Virus record (IMG/VR): IMGVR_UViG_3300033146_001382
Span: 64,001-128,000 of that record
From: a virus
Length of the DNA: 64,000 nucleotides
Direction: 5' to 3' (one strand)
In this document: positions 32,247 to 41,939 of the stretch, piece by piece
Position numbering within the stretch: the stretch's first letter is position 1
Layout of the letters: every line of letters starts with the position of its first letter
Notes under the pieces: generated by a model
Seen by the model: the letters and a program-made list of their open reading frames with translations, nothing else
What the model was told of the DNA's origin: nothing
Databases searched by the model: none
Translations under genes and position numbers: made by a program

Positions 32247-33506
32247 ATGGCAACAGATAATTTAAAATTTAAAAAACCACATATGACTTTCATTGAGGGT
32301 TATTTTTATATGTTGGATGATGATACTGATATGCTTTTACAAAAAACTGATGATGGTATAACAGCTTTTTCTTATCCTTTTGATACTTTACTTACAGATT
32401 CAGTATTAAGTTTAGAGTATGATGGTATTAATTTTTGGACTTTACAAGATGGTGCAGAAGCGTCAACTTTAAGTATTAAACGTTGGCGTATAGAAAATTA
32501 TATGTGTAAATTACAAGATTCTATAATGTTAAGTCATTCAGGTCATGATTTTAATGGAGAGGCTATGACAGTAGAACACTACCATTGTACTATAAGTGGT
32601 GCATATCTTCCAGGGGATACCATAGTAACTATAGCTTCAGACAGCGGTGAGATGCCTGGAGAGTTACGTAGTGGTATGACTGCTACTATAGGCCCAAACT
32701 ACGCAGGTAGTTATGAAACTATTAATATACAGCATGTATCTGGTAATGTAGTAACTTTTGCTTCCCCCTTAGAGTATGCTTATGTGGAGGGTCAAGAGTT
32801 TAAATTCTTTAATTATTTATGGTTATTTAATAATGCGCATGAGTTAGACACAGATAAAGGAGCACTTTATAAATTGAACGCATATTCAGGCTCTGTTATC
32901 TCTGTATATCCAAGTGGCGGATATAAAGATGTTAAGGCCGCAACTTTCTCCGAGATAGATCATTTCATTGATTTAGGTAAAGTTAATTCATTAATGTATG
33001 TTAAAGCTAGTAATTTATTATTTATAGATATTTCTACAGCTAATTCTGAGTTAAGTTACTATGGTTCTATGGCCATGGATACTATTGAATCAGATGATGT
33101 TAATATAATAGATGTATTTGCGATATCTGTTTATGGTAGAAATGTATATAGGTTACAACTTAAAGCTACATATTTTGGGCATACTTCTGTTTGGGGAACA
33201 CACTATAGTTACCAAGCAGCTACATTTAATCAATTAGTAGCATCTATTTCTATGGTGGCTACACCTAATGTTATAGCAGCCAATGAAATAAGTGTTTCTG
33301 AAGTGACTGCTAAGGTTAGAGATCAATTTCTTCAGCCAATAGTGGGAAGATTGATTTATTTTTCTCTCGGTCTTGATTCACATGGATCAATATTACCAGG
33401 GCAAGAGCACGTTAACACTGATGCTGATGGTATTGCGATTACTACTTATAAGTCAGGTAATGAGGCAGAGTTAGTACAGATAATAGCCAGGGTGCAACAA
33501 GTGTAA
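32247..33506 (+). CDS. Structural protein with a C-terminal Big_1 (invasin/intimin) Ig-like domain; paralog 1 of 3; 419 aa
   Basis: ATPNVIAANEISVSEVTAKVRDQFLQPIVGRLIYF...TDADGIAITTY is a Big_1 signature. Confidence 0.65.
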   Translation: MATDNLKFKKPHMTFIEGYFYMLDDDTDMLLQKTDDGITAFSYPFDTLLTDSVLSLEYDGINFWTLQDGAEASTLSIKRWRIENYMCKLQDSIMLSHSGHDFNGEAMTVEHYHCTISGAYLPGDTIVTIASDSGEMPGELRSGMTATIGPNYAGSYETINIQHVSGNVVTFASPLEYAYVEGQEFKFFNYLWLFNNAHELDTDKGALYKLNAYSGSVISVYPSGGYKDVKAATFSEIDHFIDLGKVNSLMYVKASNLLFIDISTANSELSYYGSMAMDTIESDDVNIIDVFAISVYGRNVYRLQLKATYFGHTSVWGTHYSYQAATFNQLVASISMVATPNVIAANEISVSEVTAKVRDQFLQPIVGRLIYFSLGLDSHGSILPGQEHVNTDADGIAITTYKSGNEAELVQIIARVQQV

Positions 33507-33508
33507 TA

Positions 33509-34726
33509 ATGACTAATGAGAATATTAGATTCACTAAAGCACATTTTGTAGCAAGAAATGGGTACTTTTATTATATAGATGAAGTAAGTAATGTATTATA
33601 TCAAAAAAATTCTAACAGTACAACTGTCTTTACTTTTCCAATTTTAGATTCTATAGGTAAACCAATTAAATGTATGGATTTTGATGGAAGGTACTTTTGG
33701 ACTTTACAAGAAGGAGATACGGATAGAGATATAGTAATTAAAAAATACTATGAATCTAATTATGTGATACATTTAGAAGAGGAATTACCTTTTTATAGTA
33801 ATTTAGATCATTACTTTGATGTAGATACTTTTGCACTTGAATTTTATAACACTACATTATCTGAACCTATATTTAAGGATGATACTTCTTTGTCTATTTT
33901 ACATTACTCTGAAAAGGTAGTGCCAGGCACTGTAGTTACAATAGGTCCTAATAGTGAAGGGGATTATGAAAATGTCACAGTTACTGGAACATTGAATGAT
34001 GATAATCTACTAGGGTTAGATTTTTTTACTATGAAGGATTATGCCATTGGTACAGATATTTATTTTACTACTAATATCTGGCTACTAAATAAATATGCTT
34101 TTCATATAGTAAATGGTGGAGCGTTATACCAAGTAAGGCTACCACAACAAGAGATAGTTTCGGTTACAGTAGATGAAGATTTTGCAGCAATAACTGCTAG
34201 TTGTTTTTATTCTACTTTAACTAATAGCTATATTATTATGGTATGGAATAATAGTTTAAGGTTTTTAAATTCAACCTCTTTAGTGGTTGATAAGACCATG
34301 GTTTTAGATAATATTAAAGTTGATAATGCTACTATAATACCTATAGTTGGTTTACAATTAGATGGGGACACCCTATTTAGATTACAAGCTTCAGCATCAT
34401 ATTTTGGGGAGGATTTTGATTTTGGTACTTTTAACTTTCAAGTGTCACCATTACGTCCTTTTATAGACTCTGTTTCTATTGACGTATTACCTAAAATTCT
34501 TCCTGCAAATGGTATAAATATAGCAGATGTAGAAGCAGTTGTTAAAGATCAGTATGGAGCGCCTATACAGTTAAAGCCGGTAAAATTTATAGACACAGAT
34601 TCTGTAGGCTTTTTAACTATAGCTGAAAGATACACTAATTTAGCTGGTACAGCTAAAACTTATTATAAAGCAGGGATAGTACCAAATACTGTGTTTATCA
34701 CGGCTACTGCCACTCAATATGATTAA
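33509..34726 (+). CDS. Structural protein with a C-terminal Big_1 Ig-like domain; paralog 2 of 3; 405 aa
   Basis: Collinear with 32247 (NIRFTKAHF, DGRYFWTLQEG, TIGPN, GALY, RLQ...YFG); ends PANGINIADVEAVVKDQYGAPI...TNLAGTAKTYY. Confidence 0.65.
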   Translation: MTNENIRFTKAHFVARNGYFYYIDEVSNVLYQKNSNSTTVFTFPILDSIGKPIKCMDFDGRYFWTLQEGDTDRDIVIKKYYESNYVIHLEEELPFYSNLDHYFDVDTFALEFYNTTLSEPIFKDDTSLSILHYSEKVVPGTVVTIGPNSEGDYENVTVTGTLNDDNLLGLDFFTMKDYAIGTDIYFTTNIWLLNKYAFHIVNGGALYQVRLPQQEIVSVTVDEDFAAITASCFYSTLTNSYIIMVWNNSLRFLNSTSLVVDKTMVLDNIKVDNATIIPIVGLQLDGDTLFRLQASASYFGEDFDFGTFNFQVSPLRPFIDSVSIDVLPKILPANGINIADVEAVVKDQYGAPIQLKPVKFIDTDSVGFLTIAERYTNLAGTAKTYYKAGIVPNTVFITATATQYD

Positions 34727-34740
34727 GGAGGCACAAGCTA

Positions 34741-37692
34741 ATGTTTGAAAATATAAGGGTAAATAAGTCTAATTTTTGCATAGGTCCTCAGACAGGTACT
34801 TATTGTTCAGTGGATTATGAGAATGATCCTGTTGTCATGCATGTAGTAAATGATAATGGTGGTCTTATAAGAACTTATGGATTCTATCCACCTAATACTT
34901 TAGAATCAGGCCCTTATGTACATACTAGCAGTGCTCCGGTTAATTCTTCTGGTTACTTTGGTCATGAGTTTGTTACTATTAAGTATATAGGGCCTAGAGA
35001 TCAGGACTCATACTTTGATGGGGCAGTATTTTATACACTAGAGCGTAGAGCTAAGGTATATAGAGAATTTTATACTTTTGAACGTGATATGGAAGTAACG
35101 GGCCATCCATATAAAATAGTACCTTTACTTGTTGGTGAGGAGATAGAATTTCCTAGACCCACACCATATGAGCTATATGGTATAAATGATATAGAAGGAC
35201 ATTTACTTACTTCTAAACACACAGAATATAGTAGCAATATTATACGTAGATGGTTATTAGATGCTGCTAATGATCGGTTAGTTTTACATAGTACAGTAAT
35301 TAAAGATTCCAATGATACTGATTGGTTTGGGGGTGAGACATTTGCTGTAATGCATACTGTTTCACCTATGACTAGTCATACTCCTAAAAGTTCTGGAGAA
35401 ATAACTATTACTACTACTTCAGGACTTAAAAAATATGATACTATAATGTTGGGACCGTCAGCAGATCAGGATAATGTAGGAGAAATAGAGGAAGTATATG
35501 TTCATAAAGTAATAGGAAATAAAGTCATAATTAAAACTTATGGCGGATATATACCTCCTAAATATGATTATATGGAGGGTGATGCAGTAACTACTTTTGG
35601 GGATATTATATTATTTAGTGATGACAGGCCCCTAATAAATGAAGAGGATATAGAATATACCACAGCTACGTCCTCTGGTACATTATTTCACCTAGACCAG
35701 ACTAATTATGGGGAGGTATACCATCGTGAGTACAATGGCGCATTTAGTAATGTTAAAGCTGCAGTATGGAATGTTTATATGCAGACACTTAGTTTTGTAA
35801 AAGCCTCCACATTACTTCATATGGATTTAGATGACTATGAAATAAGCAGGGCTCAAAATATAGGGTTGGAATACCCAATAGAGTCCAAACTAATAAATAT
35901 TTATGATTTAGAGATAAAAGATGTAACTATTTACAAGTTACAGGATGAAGTAATAAAAAAAGATGATAGTGGTATGTATTCTAAACAAAGTTGGAGTACT
36001 TATAATTACCATGCTGATTCTTTATTACCTTACTCGTTTTCTATTGCTTTACAGGCAGATAATAATGTATTGATGGTGGCAGATAGAGCTAATATAATAG
36101 CTACAGTTAGAGATCAATTTGGAGTAGGTTTAATTAATAAAAATGTTTGGTTTACTACTGAAGGGGATGCTGGTGCAATAATAACTCCATTAGATGGTTA
36201 TGGCCAAACGGATGCCGATGGAAAAGTTTATTTAATATATGATAGTGGGTATAATACACAAGAACAGATCCAAATAAAAGCTAAGGCTGATGGTGGTAAT
36301 ATTACTCATGGTACATCTTTACTTAATGGTATTTTGAATCTTACTCAACATAGTTATTTTGAAACTACAAATGCTTTACTTTCTAATCCTGGGATAACAA
36401 GTGAATGTACAATATTTGCAAAAATATATCTAATTACCATAATCCGTGATGGACATATTGTGGATCGTTATGATGGTAGTGTACAGGCTACTAATATGAT
36501 TTCTTTTACATACCCAGGTAATATACTAGAGGAAGAGCCTCTACCAGGAGTTCCTCTAGGTGAAGACTTTATTAATGAGTGGCATGGATTAATTACAGTT
36601 TGTAATGAGCCCTCATTTCATAATGGGGCTAAAGCTAGGCTTAATATTTTTATAGCGGGCCTATTGCTTTGTAATAAGGCGTTAATACGTGGCCATGCAC
36701 TTATTAAAAATAGATTTTCTGAATTGTATTATTATTTACTATTAGTATCTGAAGGAGAATCAAATCATACTATTAGTCAAAATTATATTAGTAGACATTT
36801 ACTATATGGCCATACAGCTACTGTATCGTTAGACCAATTCGTATTTGTTCAAGAGGCCATCCCAGCCATGTGGTCAGAGAAGAATAATATTGATACTGAT
36901 TACTGGATTAGACTTAGACCTTTCGCTAGTGATTTAAATCCACATACTTTAATTATAAAATTTAGAGAAGACTCTTACTTAGGTTTAAGTGATTGGTATA
37001 ATGTTACTCCATTCGGTAATATAACTATGTTTGATGCAGGTGGTGGTCTATTAGGTATAGATTTTCATTATACTCCAGCAACTGTATTCCATCATAATGC
37101 TATAGTGTATGTATATATAGAAGTGTATGATACCTCTAATACCCCTAATAAAATTATATTGGAATACTGGTTTAAATTGATACCTGATTTTAAAGCACCC
37201 CATTTAGCTAACTATTTTCCAGCTATAGAAGAATCATCTGCTAATGTCAATACAGATATTACCTTTGATTGTTTAGATATAGGGGAAGGTGTGGACATCA
37301 ATACTTTAGAGGTGTATGTTAATAATAGATCAACTACGTTTACATATGAAGAGTTTGAACATGGTAATTACCATATTACATGTGAGTTACCATATAATTT
37401 TCACTATGGACAAATAGTTAATGTGGTGGTTAATGTTAGAGATAGATCAGCTAATGCTAATAGGTTATTTGATGGCTGGAAATTTTTTATTACAGATAGT
37501 ACTGAGCCATGGTTTAATATGGACAACACTATACCAGCTAGGTGTCTAGAGGGGTTAAATAGGGACCAAGATGTCTCATTACAAGTATATGGAGTAGATG
37601 ATGCAGGCATTGCTTATGATAGTTTAAGATTAGAGGTAGGTGGTAGGTATAGAAATATTAAAATAACTCCTATAGTTTATAGACTAAATTAA
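34741..37692 (+). CDS. Large structural protein, paralog 3 of 3, with Big_1 and SbsA/Big_5-type Ig domains; 983 aa
   Basis: ENIRVNKSNF, LGPS, GTLFHL, IYKLQ, IIATVRDQFGVGL...TDADGKV, plus DFKAPHLANYFP...GVDINTLEVYVNN. Confidence 0.65.
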   Translation: MFENIRVNKSNFCIGPQTGTYCSVDYENDPVVMHVVNDNGGLIRTYGFYPPNTLESGPYVHTSSAPVNSSGYFGHEFVTIKYIGPRDQDSYFDGAVFYTLERRAKVYREFYTFERDMEVTGHPYKIVPLLVGEEIEFPRPTPYELYGINDIEGHLLTSKHTEYSSNIIRRWLLDAANDRLVLHSTVIKDSNDTDWFGGETFAVMHTVSPMTSHTPKSSGEITITTTSGLKKYDTIMLGPSADQDNVGEIEEVYVHKVIGNKVIIKTYGGYIPPKYDYMEGDAVTTFGDIILFSDDRPLINEEDIEYTTATSSGTLFHLDQTNYGEVYHREYNGAFSNVKAAVWNVYMQTLSFVKASTLLHMDLDDYEISRAQNIGLEYPIESKLINIYDLEIKDVTIYKLQDEVIKKDDSGMYSKQSWSTYNYHADSLLPYSFSIALQADNNVLMVADRANIIATVRDQFGVGLINKNVWFTTEGDAGAIITPLDGYGQTDADGKVYLIYDSGYNTQEQIQIKAKADGGNITHGTSLLNGILNLTQHSYFETTNALLSNPGITSECTIFAKIYLITIIRDGHIVDRYDGSVQATNMISFTYPGNILEEEPLPGVPLGEDFINEWHGLITVCNEPSFHNGAKARLNIFIAGLLLCNKALIRGHALIKNRFSELYYYLLLVSEGESNHTISQNYISRHLLYGHTATVSLDQFVFVQEAIPAMWSEKNNIDTDYWIRLRPFASDLNPHTLIIKFREDSYLGLSDWYNVTPFGNITMFDAGGGLLGIDFHYTPATVFHHNAIVYVYIEVYDTSNTPNKIILEYWFKLIPDFKAPHLANYFPAIEESSANVNTDITFDCLDIGEGVDINTLEVYVNNRSTTFTYEEFEHGNYHITCELPYNFHYGQIVNVVVNVRDRSANANRLFDGWKFFITDSTEPWFNMDNTIPARCLEGLNRDQDVSLQVYGVDDAGIAYDSLRLEVGGRYRNIKITPIVYRLN

Positions 37693-37694
37693 TA

Positions 37695-37715
37695 AAGTAA
37701 CCTAATTATATATAG
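37695..37715 (+). promoter_or_regulatory. Candidate phage promoter AAGTAACCTAAT-WWWW-TATAG (copy 2)
   Basis: 17 of 21 positions are identical to 27973-27993, at nearly the same distance from the start codon. Confidence 0.5.
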
Positions 37716-37732
37716 GAAGATAAGGAGAAATA

Positions 37733-38404
37733 ATGTCAGAACCTGTTTTAACATTTTTGTATAATTATTCAGAAAATGATACACCATACGTAGGTACTGG
37801 ATTACCTAATGGTGACTGGAAAAGTATTTTTTTAACCACTACTTCGGGTGGTAACCCTGACAAAAAAGTATATACTGGTGGGGGAATACATCAATCATTA
37901 GCTACTCCTGTAGCTAGTTATGGTAGTAGAGAGGCTACTCTTAGACCTACTATCGGTACCTACCCTGTCCCTCAAATTTATATAGAGTCAGAAGTTGATA
38001 ATATAATGTATCATGTACCTTTAGCCAGTGGTCAACCAAATACTAATAGGTTTGTATTTGGGGTATACGTCGATGGATTAATTACAAGTGATTTATATTT
38101 AGAGATGTGGGATGATATTACATTTTCAACTACGTCTATACCGACTCTTTCTGGTTCTATTAATTATCCACATTCAGTATTTAATGCTATTAGTACTACT
38201 GAAGTTGCACCTCCAGATTCATGGTCTGGTACTACTACCTCTGGTGCTATTTGTTTAGCTGGATATACAAATAGGTTGAGATTAAAAAATTCAGATGAGA
38301 TTCAGAATGAGTGTTTATATTATAGCATGTATGCAGCTATACCTTGGGATTTAGAGTTTACCCATGATAAACCTATAGAGTCTTATAGATATTTATATAT
38401 TTAA
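37733..38404 (+). CDS. Putative structural protein, 223 aa
   Basis: SD aaggag; shares the L..WDD.T.STT motif with the C-terminus of 38883. Confidence 0.55.
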   Translation: MSEPVLTFLYNYSENDTPYVGTGLPNGDWKSIFLTTTSGGNPDKKVYTGGGIHQSLATPVASYGSREATLRPTIGTYPVPQIYIESEVDNIMYHVPLASGQPNTNRFVFGVYVDGLITSDLYLEMWDDITFSTTSIPTLSGSINYPHSVFNAISTTEVAPPDSWSGTTTSGAICLAGYTNRLRLKNSDEIQNECLYYSMYAAIPWDLEFTHDKPIESYRYLYI

Positions 38405-38416
38405 AGGAAATAATTT

Positions 38417-38869
38417 ATGGACAAGCGTATAGCCCCGGTAACTAACTTAGATGCAGTGTATGGCACCATTTATGGAAGACATAATAAAGCTAAAATGGTC
38501 AATCCATATAAGTCATATTTTATTGTATACTATAATGATGGTACAATAGTAACAGGTAATAATTTATATGATACAGGTTGGAACAAAGTAAAGAATGGTA
38601 TTAAACTTTTACAATATAAGTTATCTACCGGCCACTTAATTACTATACCAAGATTTCAAGGATATTTACCTACTATAGAGGTAAGTGAGTCCGTGGAAGG
38701 ATTTAAGTTATTTCACGCTATTCATGTGAATTGTATAGCTGATAATAAAATAATGGTATATAAAATAATTTTAAAAGAAGATAATATTAGTAAATATAAT
38801 ATTGGAGATATAATCGTATCAACATCTTCTAAACGTATTAAGTCTTTACAATGGAAAATGGCAGGCTAA
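38417..38869 (+). CDS. Hypothetical protein, 150 aa
   Basis: Operon packing; weak similarity to 44108. Confidence 0.6.
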   Translation: MDKRIAPVTNLDAVYGTIYGRHNKAKMVNPYKSYFIVYYNDGTIVTGNNLYDTGWNKVKNGIKLLQYKLSTGHLITIPRFQGYLPTIEVSESVEGFKLFHAIHVNCIADNKIMVYKIILKEDNISKYNIGDIIVSTSSKRIKSLQWKMAG

Positions 38870-38882
38870 AGGAGCGAAATTA

Positions 38883-40547
38883 ATGGCAGTAACTATAATA
38901 AAAAAATTTTGGAACGGCACTGAATATAAAGATATAGCTAAAATTGTGTTTACTAGCCCTAATTTTACTAGCCCATATCAAGCCGGCACAAGGTCTCACA
39001 TGCAACCTGGTGGTCAGTACATGGGGACTTGGTACGAAGCTGTAGATTTTATGTATCGACAAAGGGTTGATCAAGATTATGCTAGTTTACCAGATGAAAT
39101 GGAGAGTTTTTTTGGCCAGGTTACTGTTTCTGGGGGGTTTGATTTTTCTACTGATACTACTTTAACTGTTACACATAAATATGGGAATACTTTTGATTTA
39201 ATAGGCCCTGGTACATATGCTAATATACTATATAGGGATAAAGATAATTATGGAGCTATTAGTGAAAGTACTGCTTCTTCAGGTATTGATGGTGATACTA
39301 TTGTTCAATTGACTTTAACAGATGTAGTAGGTGATGCTATTTTAAACAACTGGTTAAACCAAACTACTAGTGGTACTTTAACGGATACTATAGTAGGTCA
39401 AGCTAGTCCAGTAGGCGAAATTACTACTATTTCTGGAGTGTATAATCCTACTGTTGTAGCTAATGATGAATTTGAGTCCCATTTATCTATAGAGACTACT
39501 ATAGCTGTAAGTGGTGCTTTGACAAGTGAAGCCAATGAGACGGTAAGTGGCACTCTTACTACTCAATTAGATGAGGTATTAGAAGGAGTTTTAGGTGATG
39601 GACTAGGTACACCAGCTTCTAGTACTATTTCTGGCGCTATGTCTGTAATTGCTACAGGGCACGATTACGGCGTTACACTTAGTGGTGTGTTGGGCGTACT
39701 TATATCAGAAACAATGCCACCTATTGGTAGTATTTTTACTACTATAGTTAGTGGTGAGGTAGTAGCTTATACTAATGATTCACGACATGTTACTATTAGC
39801 GGTACGGTTGGTGGACAATTATCAGGTACTGTAACTAGTGGGGCAGTGTATCCTAATGTGGGTGGGACTATCTCTGGTAATATGACAGGTAATTTAGAAG
39901 GTTATTACTTTGAAGAGTTAGTTTCTAGTGATGTTACAGGTACCATGAATGTAGCTCTTTCTGGTAGAGAACATGTAGTGTTTACTACGTTAGGGACCTG
40001 TCCTGTAGATGGTATAGCAGTAGGCCCTATAGACGGTACCATTTACGGTGAGATGGCTGGTAATTTTACGAAACCCAGAGAAAAGATGTACCATCAATAC
40101 TCGGATATAGCGATAAATTCTACTACAGTTATTCCTAGACCTAGGAGACATCATGGTGGTAATTCTATTTTATTTGCGGTTACTTTTGGGGAAGCGTATG
40201 ACTGTAGGTTGACTGCCTGGGATGATGATACTCATTCTACTACTAATAATAAAGTATTAGCAGAAGAACATTATAAAGTAGATGCTATAGCCTATAGATC
40301 TAATATAGAGAATACAGCACATACTCCTACTTTTAGAAAAAACACTAATTTAGTATTTCCTCCCGCAATGGATGCAGTGTTGCGGGGTAATGACAGATAC
40401 TACGGTGATTTTGATTTAATTTTTTCTATTGAAGTAGATGAGTACGGTGAGTACTTAGCATTTATTCCCAGATTAGTAGACATTGATGATTCATTTATTG
40501 CAGGAAGTTATGATTTTATAACCACATTACATTACAAATATACTTAG
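38883..40547 (+). CDS. Putative fibre/spike-like structural protein with a central [TIVL]SG repeat region, 554 aa
   Basis: Twelve x-x-S-G motifs between 39363 and 39965; Thr/Gly/Ser-rich. Confidence 0.55.
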   Translation: MAVTIIKKFWNGTEYKDIAKIVFTSPNFTSPYQAGTRSHMQPGGQYMGTWYEAVDFMYRQRVDQDYASLPDEMESFFGQVTVSGGFDFSTDTTLTVTHKYGNTFDLIGPGTYANILYRDKDNYGAISESTASSGIDGDTIVQLTLTDVVGDAILNNWLNQTTSGTLTDTIVGQASPVGEITTISGVYNPTVVANDEFESHLSIETTIAVSGALTSEANETVSGTLTTQLDEVLEGVLGDGLGTPASSTISGAMSVIATGHDYGVTLSGVLGVLISETMPPIGSIFTTIVSGEVVAYTNDSRHVTISGTVGGQLSGTVTSGAVYPNVGGTISGNMTGNLEGYYFEELVSSDVTGTMNVALSGREHVVFTTLGTCPVDGIAVGPIDGTIYGEMAGNFTKPREKMYHQYSDIAINSTTVIPRPRRHHGGNSILFAVTFGEAYDCRLTAWDDDTHSTTNNKVLAEEHYKVDAIAYRSNIENTAHTPTFRKNTNLVFPPAMDAVLRGNDRYYGDFDLIFSIEVDEYGEYLAFIPRLVDIDDSFIAGSYDFITTLHYKYT

Positions 40548-40558
40548 GGGTATATTTT

Positions 40559-41914
40559 ATGTTTTTACAATCGCATGAACTACCTATAGTAGTGAGAGTA
40601 ACACCAACTGATAGTTTAGAGGTAGATATAGCTTCTAATGTAATTTATAGTACTACTGATAGTGGTACTACTTCTATAGATGTAGATTTTGCAAAGTATA
40701 ATGCTGATTTTGTAGATACCTTTACAATTAATACTGAGTTTACTACAACAGCTACTGGGAGCACATATTTATCTATTTTAGATAGTATGACTACTAATTG
40801 TACACAAGATGATTTAGTTGATATTTTAGATACTATTTTTTTAGCACATAGAAATGAATTTACATATGATCTACCAATTGATTGGTACTTAACTTCTTTT
40901 GTATTTTCAATAGACAACAATACTTTAATGAAGTTTAGAGTTAACTTAGGTACAGTGCCAGTGTCAAATGATGTAGATGTAGATTTATTTTTATCTAATG
41001 TAAGATATTATAATTGGAAGACTGATATATTTTGTTGTACTGCTAATACTTCTAAAGTATTAGAGGTAGACATAGTACAAGGGGATGGTAGAGTGATAGG
41101 TGTACCTACCGATATTTATACTGCTGTATTAGAAGCACCATATTTAAATACGTCTATTTATAATGCTACAATGTCAACTTCTGGGGTACTACAAGTAGAT
41201 CTGATTTCTACTCCTGGAGGTATTACTAGTGTTCCTATAGACATTTACACATCAGTAATGGGACAGTCATTACCGATTTCTACAGAATTTAAGACTAGGA
41301 GTCTTTTTATCGGGGATTTTTTTATAGAGCGTGATAGTTTTGTGACTGCTTCCTCTATAGCTTGGGTAGATATTGTAGATTATTTATATCCTATCGACAT
41401 TGATAATACTTTTTTTTATGTAGAAGGTAATTTAGCTAGTGGTGTTTATTTTGAAGACATTCCTGATGGCAAACGAATGTATTATAATCCTTTAGATGAT
41501 TTTTATTCTGATGGTGTACTTAATTACTCTGTACACACTGAGAACACTATAGGAGAAGTTGCAGAGCAAGAATTTTATTTTCTATATGGGTATGATTTAC
41601 AACTAGACGAGGTAGTTGACTGGGGGCCCAATAGTACAGTATTGATAAGAGGAGAGGCTACTAATTTAGCTTTTTGTCCCAATACTGCTGGAGCAGCCTA
41701 TGATTTTACAACAGTAGACTTAACTTCTTTTAATTTAGGTTGTACTATAGTACCTGTAGGATTTGAAGATTTGAATATAAAAATAATACCGCAAAGTAAG
41801 GTATTCTTTTATGGTAAGACATATGTAATTAAGGTACAAAATGTGAAGGATTTTGCTGGTAATTTAATGCCAGATTTGGAGTATACCTTCACTATAGAAG
41901 ACCCACTAATATAA
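40559..41914 (+). CDS. Acidic structural protein with a C-terminal Ig-like domain, 451 aa
   Basis: The C-terminal YGKTYVIKVQNVKDFAGNLM...YTFTIE is a SbsA/Big_5 signature. Confidence 0.55.
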   Translation: MFLQSHELPIVVRVTPTDSLEVDIASNVIYSTTDSGTTSIDVDFAKYNADFVDTFTINTEFTTTATGSTYLSILDSMTTNCTQDDLVDILDTIFLAHRNEFTYDLPIDWYLTSFVFSIDNNTLMKFRVNLGTVPVSNDVDVDLFLSNVRYYNWKTDIFCCTANTSKVLEVDIVQGDGRVIGVPTDIYTAVLEAPYLNTSIYNATMSTSGVLQVDLISTPGGITSVPIDIYTSVMGQSLPISTEFKTRSLFIGDFFIERDSFVTASSIAWVDIVDYLYPIDIDNTFFYVEGNLASGVYFEDIPDGKRMYYNPLDDFYSDGVLNYSVHTENTIGEVAEQEFYFLYGYDLQLDEVVDWGPNSTVLIRGEATNLAFCPNTAGAAYDFTTVDLTSFNLGCTIVPVGFEDLNIKIIPQSKVFFYGKTYVIKVQNVKDFAGNLMPDLEYTFTIEDPLI

Positions 41915-41939
41915 GTATAATATTAAGGAGGAGTAAAGT

